This document shows positions 20,392 through 30,581 of a DNA stretch of 64,000 nucleotides, piece after piece. The notes under the pieces were generated by a model. That model saw nothing but the letters and a program-made list of their open reading frames with translations, did no database searches and was not told where the DNA came from. The stretch's first letter is position 1, and the number at the start of each line of letters is the position of its first letter. Origin of the DNA: an uncultured cyanobacterium (GTDB taxonomy: Bacteria; Cyanobacteriota; Cyanobacteriia; Cyanobacteriales; CAWCAG01); the NCBI GenBank assembly GCA_963793425.1, contig CAWCAG010000001.1:352001-416000 (forward strand), written 5' to 3'. The position numbers and the translations under genes are program-made.

Positions 20392-20949
20392 CTACTTAAT
20401 TGAAACTTGGTAGGAAGCTTGTACCTGCTCCTGTGCTACTATAGCCTGTTCAAAGCTCCAACGAATGTGAGTATAGGACTCGGCAGGAGCTGGTTGCTCG
20501 ATGATTGTACCATTGTTATCTACTTGGATAGTTGGTTCTGTACTGAAAGTTGCACCGTTATCGATACTGTAGGTGATAGTAGCAACATTGCTACTATCTG
20601 CTGAATCTAAAACAAAGATAGTTTGTGTAGGAATAGGCTGGGTAATTACAAAGTCGTTTGCTGTAGCATCACCAGTATTTTCACCACTAACCGTGTAACG
20701 AAGAACATCCCCTGGTACAACCGTAGCTTCTCCTGCCAGTTCTTGCCAGTCAATTTGTTCATTTCCAGAACCATCAACTGTGATCATACGCTTAGCTGCA
20801 TCCAAGTCTAACTTAACTTCAGGGCGATTCAGAAGTTGGGCGATTTTGGTTCCTGCCTCGCGGATACTAGCCCGCACTGGTGAACTAGCTAAAACTGGAA
20901 CTGTAATAACAAGAGCGATTGCACTGAGACTAAGAACGAGACGTTTCAT
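20392..20949 (-). CDS. Small exported single-domain DUF11-like protein
   Basis: Signal peptide; PGDVLRYTVSGENTG; ITYSIDNG; YTHIRW. Confidence 0.85.
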   Translation of the reverse strand: MKRLVLSLSAIALVITVPVLASSPVRASIREAGTKIAQLLNRPEVKLDLDAAKRMITVDGSGNEQIDWQELAGEATVVPGDVLRYTVSGENTGDATANDFVITQPIPTQTIFVLDSADSSNVATITYSIDNGATFSTEPTIQVDNNGTIIEQPAPAESYTHIRWSFEQAIVAQEQVQASYQVSIK

Positions 20950-21041
20950 GATAAACCTCTATTATCTACAAATTAGTACTTTGAAAGAAAGTCGGCGAGA
21001 AAAATTTTTACTCGCCAATTGTGTCTGCTGTAACCAAGATT

Positions 21042-23504
21042 TTAATTAACCTTGCGTTGGAAGCTAAACTCACCCGATACACCAGGAGCAACATTGCTGA
21101 TTGTGTCTATATATTTAGTAATATCTACACCCACTGCATCTAAGACGCTACCACCACCAAGGTCAAAGTACGCAACAACACCGCCGTTATCATCGCTAGC
21201 TTGCCCAACAACATGGCTGGTATCAGTTTCGCCATTACTGTCGTTGTCTAAGGCCCAGTTGTTATCGATAGCTACATCAGCACCATCTTCAGTAATTATT
21301 ACTGTGCTGGCATTTAAGCCGATGTTTCCTACACCACCACCAGGGGTAGAGATATTGCTGTAGGTGACAGTATATTCAATGATATTACCCGGTGCAGGGG
21401 GGTTATCAGGATCGCTAACTATTGGGCCATCTCCTTGTAGAACTTGGAAAGTTTTTTCTAGTTTTAAATAACCAGTGTAAAGCCGATCAATCGTGGTGTT
21501 CTCTGCTTCAAAAGTTCCGTCACCATCGGTATCTAGTTTAGCAACAACTTGTACAGGGAAACCAAACTCTGTATCTCCAGTGTAATCCTCAATTGTGTCG
21601 GTAGAAAGAGGTGTGTTGGTAGGTAAATCAATTTCTACATTGTAGGCAACAGGAACATTTGGAAGTACTCCTTTTCCTGGACCACCGACAAGAGGCAGCG
21701 AGTTGTCAAAGACAATCGCTACGCCATTAGTGAGAGTAAAGGTTCCTGTGGCTTGAACATACTGGTAAGTGGCAGATTTAATTGGATTAGTAGGGTCAAG
21801 AATATCTGCTGCGGTTATAGTAACCACAGTTTGATCTGGCAGATCAAGGGGGTTAACTGGGGCAACAGGTTCTAGGGTAACATCAGCAGACTGGCCACTC
21901 TGATTGACAAAAGTGTTCACAAACGTTACGGGATCGGGGTCAATGGTAGAACCTGGTTTGGTGTATTTGATAATTGGTGTAGATTTGTTGGTAAAGTCGT
22001 CGTTACTGTCCGTTGGTCCAATGGCATCCACAACATCTTTGGGACCATTTAAAATATCTCCCACTGCAGGTAAGGCAATCTCGATAAAGTTTGCTTCACC
22101 ACCAGGACCATCACCAGTGTTGTCGTTGTTGGTATCAATACCAATACTAGCAGTTAAAGCTGCTAAATCCGTAGCATCAAGTAAGCCGGTATCAGTGATG
22201 GGGTCAAAAACATCTACAGTACCATTAGCAGGGTTGTAGTTATTCGGATTTTGGTCACCAGATTCATCATAAACAAGAATGTCAGGAACTCCGTCTGTAG
22301 CACCAAAAGCTTGGACGATGTTGGCTACATTTAAAGGTGAAGTTGCAGTGGCAATAACTCCTAACTGGAGAGAAAAACCGTTAACAGTTTGCCCTGGAGT
22401 AACAGTAGCTACTGTACTGTTGATGAAACCAACACGAGTTACAGGACCAGTCAAATCTCCTATATCTGTTCTCCAGTTGGCATCTACAGCAGCAGTAGCG
22501 ATGAAACTATCTGTGTAAACAGTTATCCAGCCGCTAGGGGCAACCGGCGTGCCTTGTAATTCTGTTCCTGCGGGAATAGCATCCGAGATGAGGATATGAG
22601 CCTTAACGACACCATCAACATTAATATCTATACCAGCCAGAGGTGCAGGGTTAAGCCCTATACCTGTTGGATCACTAGATTCAACCTGCAAACTAAGATC
22701 ATAGGTAAGAACATCGTCGATAATATTGAGAGGATCGCCCTTATCGTGGTTAGTTTGGGTTTTAAGGACTTTTGCTAGGGCTGTTGGTGAGGCTTCTACT
22801 GTTGCTTCTTGAAGAACACTGGTTTCGCTTTCACCATTAGCTGGGGCCGGAGTACTATCATCAATTGTTTGTAAGTCGCTACCATCACCAGCATCAACTA
22901 ATGACTGACTTGTACCATCGTTATTGGCTGCATTACCCAGTCGAACACCAATGGTTTCTCCGGAATTAGCGTTGCTGTCAACACTTACTGTCACCCTGAC
23001 TTTAATTGAGCCATCGGCAGCAATGGCAGTAGTCGTAGTTAGACCGTTCGCAGGAACTGACGTTTCAAACGTACCATCTCCATCTAAATCTACATCTACA
23101 GAGGTAATAGTACCAGGGCCTGTGATATTGATACTGTCCTGGTCGGGGATAAATAATTGCGTTGGATCATTACCAACGTTAGTAATGGTGTAGTCGTAAA
23201 AGATTTGATCATTCCGAGCAATTTTGCCACCATTATCATCAATTACACCAGCATTCGTTGCTGTAATACCAGAAACTTCTGCTACGGTGACGGTAATAGT
23301 ATCAGAAGTTGCATTGATGATATTAAGAGGATCGGTTAAATCAATATAAGTTGCAGTTGCAGTGTTTTTAATCTCTTGGCCAGCTTGAGTGTCAGCTAGA
23401 ACAGGAGAAATCAACCGAAAGTTACCGCTAACTATCAAAGCAGTAGTAAGGAAAATCCAATATAATCTGCTTGTCTTTCTGAAGGTTTGACGTGCCATAT
23501 TCAT
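21042..23504 (-). CDS. Exported multi-DUF11/Ig-fold protein (putative fibre subunit B), paralog of 13821-16331
   Basis: Shared motifs NTATATY, TNVGND, SDAIPAGT, DESGDQ, NDDFTNKS, NTTIDRxYTGYLKL, NNWALDND; C-terminus FQRKVN. Confidence 0.85.
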   Translation of the reverse strand: MNMARQTFRKTSRLYWIFLTTALIVSGNFRLISPVLADTQAGQEIKNTATATYIDLTDPLNIINATSDTITVTVAEVSGITATNAGVIDDNGGKIARNDQIFYDYTITNVGNDPTQLFIPDQDSINITGPGTITSVDVDLDGDGTFETSVPANGLTTTTAIAADGSIKVRVTVSVDSNANSGETIGVRLGNAANNDGTSQSLVDAGDGSDLQTIDDSTPAPANGESETSVLQEATVEASPTALAKVLKTQTNHDKGDPLNIIDDVLTYDLSLQVESSDPTGIGLNPAPLAGIDINVDGVVKAHILISDAIPAGTELQGTPVAPSGWITVYTDSFIATAAVDANWRTDIGDLTGPVTRVGFINSTVATVTPGQTVNGFSLQLGVIATATSPLNVANIVQAFGATDGVPDILVYDESGDQNPNNYNPANGTVDVFDPITDTGLLDATDLAALTASIGIDTNNDNTGDGPGGEANFIEIALPAVGDILNGPKDVVDAIGPTDSNDDFTNKSTPIIKYTKPGSTIDPDPVTFVNTFVNQSGQSADVTLEPVAPVNPLDLPDQTVVTITAADILDPTNPIKSATYQYVQATGTFTLTNGVAIVFDNSLPLVGGPGKGVLPNVPVAYNVEIDLPTNTPLSTDTIEDYTGDTEFGFPVQVVAKLDTDGDGTFEAENTTIDRLYTGYLKLEKTFQVLQGDGPIVSDPDNPPAPGNIIEYTVTYSNISTPGGGVGNIGLNASTVIITEDGADVAIDNNWALDNDSNGETDTSHVVGQASDDNGGVVAYFDLGGGSVLDAVGVDITKYIDTISNVAPGVSGEFSFQRKVN

Positions 23505-23568
23505 TCACTAGGAATAAGTTTGAATTAAATGCTGATGTATTGTCTTTAGGGAAGATAGGATGAGACTT

Positions 23569-23595
23569 ATAGCCTCATTTAGTTAATGAGGCTAT
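23569..23595. promoter_or_regulatory. Perfect 11-bp inverted repeat in the leader of subunit B
   Basis: ATAGCCTCATT-TAGTT-AATGAGGCTAT. Confidence 0.5.
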
Positions 23596-23953
23596 GTAGC
23601 AGATCCACAGTTTGTCTTTGTGATATTTTCAATTCAGTTTCTCAAGATTTGTTTTTCTCTAGACAACATTAAATTCATACTAATAAGCTGATGTGTGCGT
23701 TAATGTTGTTGCAATCTGTAAATATTCAAATCTATCTTTTGTTTAGGGGTTTATTTTCTCTTTCTCTGGAGCAAAATCCCTTACACAAGGATAAATAGAA
23801 GACTTTGCTAAAGTTGAGAATTCAAGAGAAAATATTTTCTGACAACCTGCATTAAGTAAACAAAACAAACAATAAGCAAACAGATAAATAAACAATGACT
23901 AACTTTATATTTGTCATTTTTAAAATGCTAAATGACATTTTAAATTTAACTTC

Positions 23954-25051
23954 TTACCCATGGGTGATAGGTAAAGAAAAGCGGAAGGTACTGCCTTCAC
24001 CTAACTCACTTTCTACCTCAATTTTGCCCCCTTGCAACTCTACTAAATGACGAGCGATCGCTAAACCAATTCCTGTACCTCCTGAATGGCGCGATCGCGA
24101 ACGATCTGCTCTCCAGAAGCGTTCAAAAACATGACTTAGGTTTTCTGGGGCAATTCCTGGCCCTGTATCAATTACAGCTATCCAAACATAACTATTGTCT
24201 GCCCAAGCACGAACGGTAATAGAGCCTTTTTCGGTGTAAAGTAAGGCATTACCAAGTAAGTTAACTAAAACCTGTTCTGTGCGGTCAATATCTGCTACAA
24301 TTGGCGGTAAATTTTCAGGACAATCTAACTGTAAAGTAGGGCCTTCTTCCCAGAGTTGATCGGCAAATCTTGCTACTAATGATTTCAACAAAGGTAACAG
24401 AGGCAAAGGTTTGAGGTCGATTGGTAAATAGCCTGCTTCCGCTTTAGATAGTTCCTGCAAGTCATTAACTAACCTCTCTAAGCGTTTTGTTTCTCGTACC
24501 AAACGCAGATATACTTCCGGGGATGATTCAATGCTGCCATCAGCTAATTCTTCTAAATAACCCCGTACCACCGTGAGAGGAGTACGCAATTCGTGGGTCA
24601 TATCCCCAATTAACTCCCGCCTCTGCTGTTCTACTCCTTCTAAACTATCAGCCATACGATTGAAGCTTTTACCCAATTGATTTAACTCCGGAATTTCTGT
24701 ATCTGGCATTCTTTCTTGTAAGTTACCTGCGGCTAGTTTCTGGGTTACTTCTTCCATTTGTTTTAGGGGTTGCATGATACGCCGAGAAATTAAGTAACTG
24801 AGTCCCCCTGCTGCCGTTGCACCCACAATAGCCGGCCAAATGATACTGCGATTCCAAGCAGCTTGAAAACCCCGAATTAAGAAGGTGCGGGAAGAACGAA
24901 CAGTAACAAAGCCTCTTCTTTCTAACTGTTCGAGTTGCAAGACAAATGTTTTGGGAGAAGCGAATTTAGAAACTAAGGTAAGACTACCAAAGCCGACTAC
25001 TATTACTAGTAGGTGCGAGAAGAATAAGCGTTTACCTAAGCCTAATGCCAT
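23954..25051 (-). CDS. Membrane HAMP sensor histidine kinase (BaeS-like)
   Basis: THELRTPL, NLLGNA, DTGPGI, GGTGIGL; 2 TM helices plus HAMP. Confidence 0.92.
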   Translation of the reverse strand: MALGLGKRLFFSHLLVIVVGFGSLTLVSKFASPKTFVLQLEQLERRGFVTVRSSRTFLIRGFQAAWNRSIIWPAIVGATAAGGLSYLISRRIMQPLKQMEEVTQKLAAGNLQERMPDTEIPELNQLGKSFNRMADSLEGVEQQRRELIGDMTHELRTPLTVVRGYLEELADGSIESSPEVYLRLVRETKRLERLVNDLQELSKAEAGYLPIDLKPLPLLPLLKSLVARFADQLWEEGPTLQLDCPENLPPIVADIDRTEQVLVNLLGNALLYTEKGSITVRAWADNSYVWIAVIDTGPGIAPENLSHVFERFWRADRSRSRHSGGTGIGLAIARHLVELQGGKIEVESELGEGSTFRFSLPITHG

Positions 25052-25165
25052 TTTTCATTTAACATTTAACATTGATCATTTATCAGTAGTTTGAGAAAGG
25101 AAGGTAAGGCAATTAGCAATTAGCCACTAGCCACTAGCCACTAGCCGTTAGCCGTTAGCAAAGTT

Positions 25166-26557
25166 TTAAAATTCTGCACTTAAAGGAGTACGAGGAAAAG
25201 GAATAACATCGCGGATATTATTCATCCCGGTCATAAACTGTACTAACCTTTCAAAGCCTAAGCCAAAACCAGCATGGGGAACTGTTCCGTAACGACGCAG
25301 ATCGAGATACCACCATAAATCTTCTGTGGGAAATTCTTGTTCTTTAATGCGTCTTTCTAAAACATCAAGACGTTCCTCCCGTTGTGAACCGCCGATAATT
25401 TCACCAATTTTGGGGGCTAAAACATCCATGGCAGCAACGGTTTTTTCATCGTCATTTAAACGCATATAAAAAGCCTTAATTCCCACAGGATAATCAGTGA
25501 CAATGGTAGGTTTTTTAAATAATTCTTCTGCTAAATAACGCTCATGTTCTGATTGTAAATCTATGCCCCACTCTACAGGATATTCAAACTTCCTTTCTGC
25601 TTTTTCTAAAAGTGAAATCGCCTCTGTATAAGTAATCTTAGCAAACTCACTATTAATAATATTATCTGCGGTGGCTAAAACAGTATCATCAATGCGTTTG
25701 TTGAAAAATTCCATATCTTCAGGACATTTTTCTAACACAAACTTAAACACATATTTAAGGAACTGTTCCGCTAAATCTCTGTCCCCTGCTAAATCACAAA
25801 AAGCCATTTCTGGTTCCACCATCCAAAACTCAGCTAAATGGCGGGAAGTATTGGAATTTTCTGCCCGAAAAGTGGGACCAAAAGTATAAACATCTTTAAA
25901 AGCCATCGCCATCACTTCCGCTTCTAATTGCCCACTGACGGTCAGATAAGCCTGCCGACCAAAAAAGTCTTGGCTAAAGTCTATTTCCCCATTATCGAGG
26001 CGGGGGACATCTTTTAAATTCAAACTCGTGACATTAAATAACTCCCCTGCCCCCTCACAATCACTCGCGGTTATAACCGGGGTATGAACCCAGAGAAAGT
26101 CCCTCGCTTGGAAAAATTGATGGATCGCCTCAGAACAAGCATTACGTACCCGAAAAACCGCTCCTAAAGTATTGGTACGCGCTCTTAAATGGCCAATAGT
26201 ACGCAAAAATTCAAAGGAATGACGCTTTTTTTGTAAAGGATAGGTTTCTACCTCCGCTTCTCCATAAACTTCTACCTTAGAAGCCTGTATTTCTACCCGC
26301 TGCCCTTTACCCGGAGAAGCAGCTAAAACCCCGGCAACTTCCACCGAAGCCCCTGTATTAAGCTGTTTAAGCAAGTCCTCATAATCTGGTAAATCAGGAT
26401 TAAGTACCACTTGAATACTTGCTAAGGAAGAACCATCATTAACTTCTATAAAAGCAAAATTTTTCAATTCCCGCTTAGTACGCACCCAACCCTGAATTGT
26501 GACCACATTATCAGGTTGCCCTTGGCGCAAGATTTCTCTAATCCTTTTTGTAACCAT
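25166..26557 (-). CDS. asnS: Asparagine-tRNA ligase
   Basis: [33 protein letters not shown]. Confidence 0.98.
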   Translation of the reverse strand: MVTKRIREILRQGQPDNVVTIQGWVRTKRELKNFAFIEVNDGSSLASIQVVLNPDLPDYEDLLKQLNTGASVEVAGVLAASPGKGQRVEIQASKVEVYGEAEVETYPLQKKRHSFEFLRTIGHLRARTNTLGAVFRVRNACSEAIHQFFQARDFLWVHTPVITASDCEGAGELFNVTSLNLKDVPRLDNGEIDFSQDFFGRQAYLTVSGQLEAEVMAMAFKDVYTFGPTFRAENSNTSRHLAEFWMVEPEMAFCDLAGDRDLAEQFLKYVFKFVLEKCPEDMEFFNKRIDDTVLATADNIINSEFAKITYTEAISLLEKAERKFEYPVEWGIDLQSEHERYLAEELFKKPTIVTDYPVGIKAFYMRLNDDEKTVAAMDVLAPKIGEIIGGSQREERLDVLERRIKEQEFPTEDLWWYLDLRRYGTVPHAGFGLGFERLVQFMTGMNNIRDVIPFPRTPLSAEF

Positions 26558-26777
26558 AGATTTTTCTTTTTATCGAACTCGCAGCTATATAGCAATATAG
26601 CAATGTTTGAGGGAGCAGGGAGTGGGGAGTGGGGAGTAAAGTTAGGGCTGGGTTGCCATTATGCTACTAATTCAACTTTGGAGTTAAACTCTTCTGCCAC
26701 GACTCTACAATAAAGGTTATTGTTGAAGCAGTCTGTATCCCTCCTACTCCCTACTCCCTACTCCCTGTACTTAATCA

Positions 26778-29700
26778 ATGATTGGAAAACTCAAACTGGG
26801 GACAAAATTTACCGTCTTGTTGCTACTGATTTTTCTGGGCGGTATGGTACTGAGTAGCGTAGCTTTGTCTGGGGCTATGCAAAGTCGGGCTGAGAATGAG
26901 GTGGTGGCTAAAGCAGAAATTCTCATGCAAACTATGAGTTCGGTGAGAAATTATACCAGTAATAATATTAAATACCTTCTTGATAAACATTTGAATTGGT
27001 CTTCTGAATTTGCCCCAGAAACTGTCCCTGCCTATTCTGCGAGGGAAGTTTTTGAAGATTTTCGCCACCAACCAGAATATAAAAATTTCCTTTATAAAGA
27101 AGCTACCCTCAATCCGACTAATCTTCGGGATCAAGCAGATGAGTTTGAGACACAATTAATTGAACAATTTAAGCAAGATCCGATTACCAAAGAAATTAAA
27201 GGCTATCGCCAAGGTTTAGCAGAAAAGTATTTCTTTATTGCTCGCCGCGTAAGTGTAGAACAGGAAAGTTGTCTTCAATGTCATAGTTTACCTCAACTTG
27301 CTCCGGAGCATATGCTCAAAACTTATGGTAACGAACATGGTTTTGGCTGGAAGTTAGGAGAAATTGTTGCAGCACAAACTATTTATGTTCCGGCTAGCCA
27401 AGTATTTGCCCAAGGTTCTAGATATTTAATCTTAGTTATTAGCATCTTTACGAGTATTTTTGCCTTAGCTATTCTTTTCATCAACTTATTATTAAATCGC
27501 ACTGTAGTTAAACCCCTCAAACAGTTAACCAGAATTGCTCAAAAAGCTACTAACCAAGAATCTGAACCTACCGATCTGTTGCAGAATCTGGCTATTTTAG
27601 GGGATGAACCAGGACAGTTAGCCAAAGCTTTTCAGGATATGAAGCAAGAGGTTAGTGCAAGGGAACAAAGACTAAAGCAAGCCCAAGCAGCCCTGCAAGG
27701 CAGTGAAGAGTATTTTCGTTCCTTAATTGAACAAGCTTCTGATATTATTGCTATTTTAAATAGCGATCGCACTATTCGTTACGTTAGCCCAGCTATTCAA
27801 ACCGCCTTGGGATACAAAGCTGAAGCTGTTATAGAACGAGATATTTTAGATTTTGTTCATCCTCAAGATGATAGAAGAATTAAAATATTTTTCCGTCTGA
27901 TTAAACACCGCCGAGATATTTCCGCCCCTGTAGAACTACGCATTAAACATCAGAATGGTTCTTGGCAAACCATAGAAGCTATTGGTCATAATCGTCTTGA
28001 CGATTCTATTGTTGGTGGTTTTGTGGTTAATGCTCGTAATATTACAGCCCGGAAGTTAACAGAAAAGCAACTCCAAAGAAGCGAAGCTTCTATTCGTTTA
28101 CTCCATGAAGTGACCACAAAACAAGAACTCAACTTTGAACAGCGTTTGCAACAGCTATTAATTATGGGTTGCCAGCAGTTTGGTTTAGAAGTAGGTATTC
28201 TTAGTGTCATTGAAGAAGATCATCATTTAGTTGCAGCCCTGCAAACCCCAGAAGCTTTTGCTCCGATCATTAAGTTAGGATCTGCATTTTCCTTAGTAGC
28301 AAAGAGTGATGACAAAGCCCCCCAGAAATTAAGTTTCAATAACACCAATCTTTTTCTCCAAGCTTACATGACAACTCAAGTGTTTATAGAGGAGGAACCC
28401 TACGGCAACCTCAGCTTTGCAAGTCTTACTCAACATAATGCTAGCTTCAACTCATCAGATGAAGAACTTCTTAACCTAATGGGACAGTGGCTGGGTAGTG
28501 AATTGCAACACCAGCACTCTGAATTTAAGTTAGCACAGGCAAGGGATGAAGCTTTAGCTGCTAACCGTTCTAAAAGCGAGTTTTTAGCGATTATGAGTCA
28601 TGAAATTCGTACCCCTATGAATGCTGTTATTGGTATGACAGGATTATTATTTCATACGGCTTTAACTCCTCAACAACAGGACTTTGTAGAAACAATCCGC
28701 AGTAGTGGCAATGCTTTATTAACCCTAATCAACGACATCCTCGACTTCTCTAAAATTGAAGCTGGCAGATTGGAGATGGAGGAACAACCTTTCTCCTTGC
28801 GTAGTTGCTTGGAAGAAGCCCTAGATTTAGTTGCCTCGGAAGCGGCAGCAAAAGGGTTAGAGTTGGCATATTTAATTGATAGCCACACCCCCAAAACCAT
28901 CATTGGTGATGTCACGCGGGTTAGACAGGTTTTAGTTAATCTTTTAGGCAATGCTGTCAAATTCACCAAAGCAGGGGAGATTGTTGTTTCTGTCGGCAGC
29001 AAAGCCCAAAACGACAATACCTACGAAATTCAATTTTCCGTTAAAGATACAGGCATTGGCATTCCCCAAGAAAGAATGAACCGCCTTTTCCAATCCTTCA
29101 GTCAAGTAGACTCCTCCACCACCCGTAAATATGGAGGTACAGGGTTAGGATTAGCTATCAGCAAGCTCCTCAGCGAAATGATGGGGGGAACAATGTGGGC
29201 GCAAAGCCAGGTAGGGTTTGGTTCTACTTTTCACTTTACTATTGCTGCCCAAGCTTCTTGGGAGTTAACAGAAAGAGAATCTAGCCAACTTTATCAACTA
29301 ACCGGTAAGCAGATTTTAATCATCGACCAAAACCTAACTAATCAGCAAATCCTCACTCGACAAACTCAATCTTGGGGAGTGGTAAGTCAGGGAGTAGAAT
29401 CAGGAACCCAAGCCTTAGATTGGCTCTGCCAGGGGCAAGAATGCGACTTAACTATAGTAGACATTGAAATCCTCCAGGAAGAAGGATTTGACCTGGTTAA
29501 AGCTATCCGCCAGCAATCTGGACAAGAAAATTTGCCCTTCGCGATCTTAACCCCTGAACATAGTCCGGAATTAAAAGAGCAAATTGAGGAGTTAGCATTA
29601 GTTACAGTCCTGAAAAAACCGGTACAACCTTCCCAACTTTACAATCTCCTCATCACAATTTTTGCCGAAAAACCGATCCGACTACAGCAAGGATTTATTA

Positions 29701-30503
29701 AAGGTGAAACCGAGGTTATTCCCCATGAAACTAAACCTTTACGTATTCTTCTAGCAGAAGACAATGTAGTTAACCAAAAAGTTGCTTTACTGATGCTAGG
29801 AGAATTAGGCTACCGTGCAGACTTAGCCGGGAATGGTTTAGAAGTTTTAGAAGCTTTGCATCGCCAAAACTATGATGTGATTTTGATGGATGTGCAAATG
29901 CCAGAAATGGATGGCTTGACAGCAGCAGAACATATTTGCCTACAATGGAATCCTCACTCTCGTCCCTACATCATTGCCATGACAGCCAATGCTATGCAAG
30001 GAGATCGGGAAAGATGTCTTCGGGCCGGCATGGATAATTATATCAGCAAACCTATAAGTTTAAAGGAGTTAACGAGAGCATTAAATGAATATAAGCCAGA
30101 AATAGCAAATGACTTAAAGTCAGATTTCCCCGAACAACAGCAACAAGACTCTACTTCTGTGTTAGATTTGCACATTTTTGCTTCCTTACGTCGTATGGCA
30201 GGGGCAAAGGCAGATCAGGTGATTGCTAATCTGATTGGTAACTATCTCGAAGATGCCCCGCAATATCTCCAACGTATGAACAAAGCTTTAGAGATAGCTG
30301 ATCCCCAAGAACTTCGTCAAGCCGTCCATTCCCTGCGTTCCTCCAGCGCCAATTTGGGGGCTGCGGCACTAGCTGAACTATGCAGGGAGGTAGAAAATAT
30401 TGCCCGTTCCGATACAATTCAAGGAGTTGCGGAAAAGCTTGTTGCCATAGAAGAGGAGTATGGCAAGGTTGAGGAGGCTTTGCATGAGGAAACTGGTCAA
30501 TGA
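26778..30503 (+). CDS. Hybrid sensor kinase: DUF3365/Tll0287-like heme-c domain, HAMP, PAS, GAF, HisKA, HATPase, 2 REC, Hpt
   Basis: KEATLNPTN and CLQCH; HPQD; MSHEIRTPMN; ILMDVQMP; HSLRSSS. Confidence 0.92.
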   Translation: MIGKLKLGTKFTVLLLLIFLGGMVLSSVALSGAMQSRAENEVVAKAEILMQTMSSVRNYTSNNIKYLLDKHLNWSSEFAPETVPAYSAREVFEDFRHQPEYKNFLYKEATLNPTNLRDQADEFETQLIEQFKQDPITKEIKGYRQGLAEKYFFIARRVSVEQESCLQCHSLPQLAPEHMLKTYGNEHGFGWKLGEIVAAQTIYVPASQVFAQGSRYLILVISIFTSIFALAILFINLLLNRTVVKPLKQLTRIAQKATNQESEPTDLLQNLAILGDEPGQLAKAFQDMKQEVSAREQRLKQAQAALQGSEEYFRSLIEQASDIIAILNSDRTIRYVSPAIQTALGYKAEAVIERDILDFVHPQDDRRIKIFFRLIKHRRDISAPVELRIKHQNGSWQTIEAIGHNRLDDSIVGGFVVNARNITARKLTEKQLQRSEASIRLLHEVTTKQELNFEQRLQQLLIMGCQQFGLEVGILSVIEEDHHLVAALQTPEAFAPIIKLGSAFSLVAKSDDKAPQKLSFNNTNLFLQAYMTTQVFIEEEPYGNLSFASLTQHNASFNSSDEELLNLMGQWLGSELQHQHSEFKLAQARDEALAANRSKSEFLAIMSHEIRTPMNAVIGMTGLLFHTALTPQQQDFVETIRSSGNALLTLINDILDFSKIEAGRLEMEEQPFSLRSCLEEALDLVASEAAAKGLELAYLIDSHTPKTIIGDVTRVRQVLVNLLGNAVKFTKAGEIVVSVGSKAQNDNTYEIQFSVKDTGIGIPQERMNRLFQSFSQVDSSTTRKYGGTGLGLAISKLLSEMMGGTMWAQSQVGFGSTFHFTIAAQASWELTERESSQLYQLTGKQILIIDQNLTNQQILTRQTQSWGVVSQGVESGTQALDWLCQGQECDLTIVDIEILQEEGFDLVKAIRQQSGQENLPFAILTPEHSPELKEQIEELALVTVLKKPVQPSQLYNLLITIFAEKPIRLQQGFIKGETEVIPHETKPLRILLAEDNVVNQKVALLMLGELGYRADLAGNGLEVLEALHRQNYDVILMDVQMPEMDGLTAAEHICLQWNPHSRPYIIAMTANAMQGDRERCLRAGMDNYISKPISLKELTRALNEYKPEIANDLKSDFPEQQQQDSTSVLDLHIFASLRRMAGAKADQVIANLIGNYLEDAPQYLQRMNKALEIADPQELRQAVHSLRSSSANLGAAALAELCREVENIARSDTIQGVAEKLVAIEEEYGKVEEALHEETGQ

Positions 30504-30581
30504 TGTCTACGACAACGGCAAGCCGAACAATAATGATTCAGTATAGCTCCCCAGTATGAGAATTGCTATTAAGATATAAAC

